NCBI GenBank assembly: GCA_023259575.1
Contig: JALRHN010000001.1
Coordinates: 1-41,401, forward strand
Source of the DNA: Candidatus Kapaibacterium sp.
Lineage (GTDB): Bacteria; Bacteroidota; Ignavibacteria; Kapaibacteriales; UBA961
DNA length: 41,401 bases
Reading direction: 5' to 3'
Part shown: positions 38,208 through 41,401 of the stretch, in pieces
How the letters are laid out: each line of letters begins with the position of its first letter
Position numbering within the stretch: the stretch's first letter is position 1
Position numbers and translations under genes: made by a program
The notes under the pieces: model-generated
Seen by the model: only the letters and a program-made list of their open reading frames with translations
What the model was told of the DNA's origin: nothing
Database searches by the model: none

Positions 38208-39194
38208 ATGAAATTAGTAAGCTTCCAACCTGCAAAAAATATTATAAGATTAGGGATATGTATTGATAATACTATTTATGATCTTGCTATTGCTAGATCT
38301 TTAAGTACGCTACATTTTACTTTGCCATATCTTCCTGATTCTATCTTGCCTTTTTTAGAGCTAGGAAATGCAGCAATGAAAGATGCTCTTATCGTTCATG
38401 AAGATATTATTGCAGAATCTTCAAAATTTAATAAAGCTGCTTATGCTATAGATCAAGTGCATTTATTATCGCCAGTTCCTAGACCTACTTCTATGCGAGA
38501 TGGATATGCTTTTAGGCAACATGTAGAAGCAGCCCGAAGAAATCGCGGATTAGAAATGATTCCCGAATTCGATGAAATTCCAATCTTCTATTTTACCAAT
38601 CATCAAGCAGTATATGGCCCAGGGCCTATTTCTGTTCGACCAATGCATCTAGAACAGTTAGATTTTGAATTAGAAGTAGCAATCGTCATTGGTAAACAAG
38701 GAACAGATATATCTGCCAAAGATGCAGACTCTTATATAGCCGGATATATGATAATGAATGATTGGAGTGCAAGAGCAATGCAAATGCATGAAATGAAACT
38801 AAATCTTGGCCCTGCAAAAGGAAAAGATTTTGCAACAACTCTTGGTCCATGGCTTGTTACCAAAGATGAATTAGAATCTAAGAAAATCTCTACTCCCAAT
38901 GGCGATACTTATGATTTAGCAATGACATGTAGCATAAATGGTATGCAAGTTTCTTCTGGGAATGTGAAAGATATGAGCTGGACATTTGCCCAAATAATCG
39001 AAAGAGCTAGCTATGGCGTTACTCTTTATCCAGGAGATGTAATCGGTTCTGGAACATGTGGAACAGGATGTTTTCTTGAATTAAATGGTAGTAAAGTCTT
39101 TAATCCGCCAATGTGGGTTAAAGAAGGTGATACTGTCAATTGTTCGATAGATTCATTGGGTTCATTGGTAAATACTATTGAAGTTCGGAGATAA
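38208..39194 (+). CDS. Fumarylacetoacetate hydrolase (FAH) family protein
   Basis: 328 aa. The C-terminal catalytic domain pattern is present (FELEVAIVIGK, YMIMNDWSARAMQ, KGKDFATTLGPW, GDVIGSGT). Confidence 0.8.
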   Translation: MKLVSFQPAKNIIRLGICIDNTIYDLAIARSLSTLHFTLPYLPDSILPFLELGNAAMKDALIVHEDIIAESSKFNKAAYAIDQVHLLSPVPRPTSMRDGYAFRQHVEAARRNRGLEMIPEFDEIPIFYFTNHQAVYGPGPISVRPMHLEQLDFELEVAIVIGKQGTDISAKDADSYIAGYMIMNDWSARAMQMHEMKLNLGPAKGKDFATTLGPWLVTKDELESKKISTPNGDTYDLAMTCSINGMQVSSGNVKDMSWTFAQIIERASYGVTLYPGDVIGSGTCGTGCFLELNGSKVFNPPMWVKEGDTVNCSIDSLGSLVNTIEVRR

Positions 39195-39197
39195 TTC

Positions 39198-40136
39198 ATG
39201 CCTAGAGTACTTATTACTGGTGGTGCCGGTTTTTTAGGATCACATCTTTGTGATAAATTTATCGGTAATGGCTATGATGTTATTTGTATGGATAATCTAA
39301 TCACTGGATCTCCCGATAATATTGCTCATCTTATGGGTAATTCAAAATTTAGATTTATTCATCATGATGTAACGGAATATATGTATGTAGATGGGGATTT
39401 AGATGCTATTCTTCATTTTGCTTCGCCTGCATCTCCTTTAGATTATTTACGCTATCCAATACAAACACTAAAAGTAGGTTCTTTGGGTACTCATAAAGCT
39501 TTAGGATTAGCAAAAGCAAAGAAGGCTAGATTTCTTATTGCTAGTACAAGCGAAGTATATGGTGATCCTCTTATTCATCCGCAACAAGAGGAATATTGGG
39601 GAAATGTAAATCCTGTTGGTTCCAGAGGAGTGTATGATGAGGCTAAACGCTTTAGTGAAGCAATCACTATGGCATATCATAGATATCATGGACTAGATAC
39701 AAGAATAGTAAGGATATTCAATACATATGGTCCTAAAATGCGTATAGAAGATGGCCGTGCAATTCCTGCTTTTATGTCGCAAGCATTATTAGGCGAACCA
39801 TTAACTGTATTTGGTGATGGTAGCCAAACTCGCTCTGTTTGCTATGTTGATGATTTAGTTGAAGGCATCTATCGTCTTTTACTCTCTGGTGAAAACTATC
39901 CAGTAAATATTGGTAATCCAGATGAGATATCTATGCTTGATCTAGCTAAGGAAATTATAGAGATATCTGGTTCTTCATCAGAGATTATCTTTAAAAGTCT
40001 TCCTGAAGATGATCCTAAAGTTAGGCAGCCTGATATCACAAAGGCGAAACATATACTTGGATGGGAACCGAAGGTGCAAAGACGTGAAGGTTTATTAAAA
40101 ACACTAGAATATTTTCGTATGGCTTTAAAGAAGTAA
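39198..40136 (+). CDS. UDP-glucuronic acid decarboxylase (UDP-xylose synthase)-type SDR
   Basis: 312 aa with [12 protein letters not shown], the STSEVYGDP context and YDEAKR (YxxxK). [14 protein letters not shown] is typical of the UXS/ArnA-decarboxylase clade. Confidence 0.85.
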   Translation: MPRVLITGGAGFLGSHLCDKFIGNGYDVICMDNLITGSPDNIAHLMGNSKFRFIHHDVTEYMYVDGDLDAILHFASPASPLDYLRYPIQTLKVGSLGTHKALGLAKAKKARFLIASTSEVYGDPLIHPQQEEYWGNVNPVGSRGVYDEAKRFSEAITMAYHRYHGLDTRIVRIFNTYGPKMRIEDGRAIPAFMSQALLGEPLTVFGDGSQTRSVCYVDDLVEGIYRLLLSGENYPVNIGNPDEISMLDLAKEIIEISGSSSEIIFKSLPEDDPKVRQPDITKAKHILGWEPKVQRREGLLKTLEYFRMALKK

Positions 40137-40140
40137 AGAA

Positions 40141-40380
40141 ATGAATGATATCTTTGAGAGAACTGAGCAAGTAATTGCAGAAGAAATTAGACCAGCTATT
40201 CAGCGCGATGGCGGAACCATCCAATTAATTAATGTAGATGAACATGGCATAGCATGGGTTGAGCTAAAAGGTGCTTGCGCAAAATGTAGTGCTTCTTCTA
40301 TTACTATGAGAGCTGGAGTAGAGAGAATATTAAGAAAAAGAATCTCTGCTATTTCGGCTGCAAAAATGATAAATACATAA
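40141..40380 (+). CDS. NifU/Nfu-type Fe-S cluster carrier domain protein
   Basis: 79 aa with IRPAIQRDGGTIQLINV...VELKGACAKCSAS (CxxC). It starts 4 nt after the upstream stop. Confidence 0.85.
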   Translation: MNDIFERTEQVIAEEIRPAIQRDGGTIQLINVDEHGIAWVELKGACAKCSASSITMRAGVERILRKRISAISAAKMINT

Positions 40381-40381
40381 A

Positions 40382-41362
40382 TTATTTTTCAATAATAGTT
40401 CCAGATCTAAAAAATGAACTCCAATTATTTATCACATCTTTTGATAAAGTAGCTTTTTTTACAGCTCTAAAATTAGAATATAAAGCTGTTTTACCCTGAA
40501 TGATATACCATAATTGCGATTCAGGTTGTTTGTGATCTACAGTGCTTGGAGCTTGTAATAAAAGAATAAGCCAAGGAAATTCTGATTTTTTATCCTCTTT
40601 AATATACTTCATTGTCGCTTTAGGTGCCCGCTGCTTGAAGTCCTGATAAATCATCTGAGAAAATTCTTTAAAGTTTGCATTCCTTATATCTCTTAAAGTC
40701 ATCATTGCTCCATATTCTGTCCAATGTTCTGGCTGTTCATTGTCATGAAAAAACTCCATAAGACTAAATGTAGAATCTTCTGAAATATTTTGAACTCTCC
40801 AGTGTTCATCTACCGGCCATGGTAATGAAAATGCTTCTCCCTTTAATGTATCTCCACCACAAATTTTATCAAAAAGTCCATTTCCCTCTTTGTCTCCTGC
40901 ACCTTTTGTAATTGATAAATCATTACATGCAGATTGTTTATCACCTAAATAAGCATAAATCTGTCCTCTTAAATTTCTTAATGGTGCATTATTTGGCTCA
41001 ATCATCAATGCTTTGTTTAACATAGGTAAAGCTAGTTTGTGCTTATTACCATATAATAAACTTACTGTATAACTATAATATGCATCCATCAATAAAGAAT
41101 CATATGTAATAGTTAATAGGAAGTCTTGCTCTGCTAAATCAGGTTTTCCTATTTTTAAATGACATGTGCCACGATTAAAATATGCCCTTGCCAATGTGCT
41201 ATCTAAATTGATGGCTTTGGTATAGAATTCTATAGCTTTTGGACAATCATTTGCATCATGTCTTTTCATTCCAAGCTTAAACATTTCTACTGCATCTTGA
41301 GCACAAAATACATCAACAGTATTAATTGCTGATAACATCATTACACTCAATGCAGCTGTCAA
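40382..41362 (-). CDS. Secreted TPR-repeat protein with an unassigned C-terminal domain
   Basis: 326 aa. The N-terminal hydrophobic leader ends ...VFCA|QD and is followed by about 4 TPR units (AIEFYTKAINLDSTLARAYFNRGTCHLKIG...). The start is uncertain: TTG at 41362 or ATG at 41341/41338. An in-frame TGA lies immediately upstream at 41363-41365. Confidence 0.55.
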   Translation of the reverse strand: MTAALSVMMLSAINTVDVFCAQDAVEMFKLGMKRHDANDCPKAIEFYTKAINLDSTLARAYFNRGTCHLKIGKPDLAEQDFLLTITYDSLLMDAYYSYTVSLLYGNKHKLALPMLNKALMIEPNNAPLRNLRGQIYAYLGDKQSACNDLSITKGAGDKEGNGLFDKICGGDTLKGEAFSLPWPVDEHWRVQNISEDSTFSLMEFFHDNEQPEHWTEYGAMMTLRDIRNANFKEFSQMIYQDFKQRAPKATMKYIKEDKKSEFPWLILLLQAPSTVDHKQPESQLWYIIQGKTALYSNFRAVKKATLSKDVINNWSSFFRSGTIIEK

Positions 41363-41401
41363 TCAAGCATCACAACCAACAGTCAATGCTGGTATTGAAG
41401 T

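Overview
This is an AT-rich, densely coding 41.4 kb chromosomal window with about 34 protein genes on both strands, short intergenic regions and several clear hairpin/T-tract terminators. I found no rRNA, tRNA, CRISPR array, transposase, integrase or phage-like gene. Most genes are core housekeeping: secA, miaA, rpsA, katG, trpS, metG, a P5C dehydrogenase, a homocysteine-methyltransferase-like/MTHFR fusion, ABC transporters, nucleotide-sugar enzymes, an LptE-like lipoprotein and an Nfu-type protein. Lineage hints point to the Bacteroidota/FCB group, but this is inference. They are a T9SS C-terminal sorting domain at nt 1-321, a Bacteroidetes-style LptE, DUF4286 and DUF4397 proteins, signal peptides cleaved before Gln, TAnnTTTG-like -7 boxes and mostly absent Shine-Dalgarno sequences. 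The least ordinary locus is 21.3-28.2 kb. It holds an S41 protease, two tandem paralogous envelope proteins and a DUF4397 lipoprotein. The two paralogues share an unassigned ~250-aa N-terminal module and an OmpA_C peptidoglycan anchor. One carries a 64-residue stretch with 17 cysteines; the other carries a MIDAS-intact vWA domain plus two carboxypeptidase-regulatory-like domains. A second notable point is that the homocysteine S-methyltransferase-like half of the MTHFR fusion protein lacks all three canonical zinc-ligand cysteines. All family calls rest on motif recognition by eye; no database search was possible. I see no canonical defence or mobile system, and the novel-system proposal for the envelope cluster is a hypothesis, not a demonstrated result.
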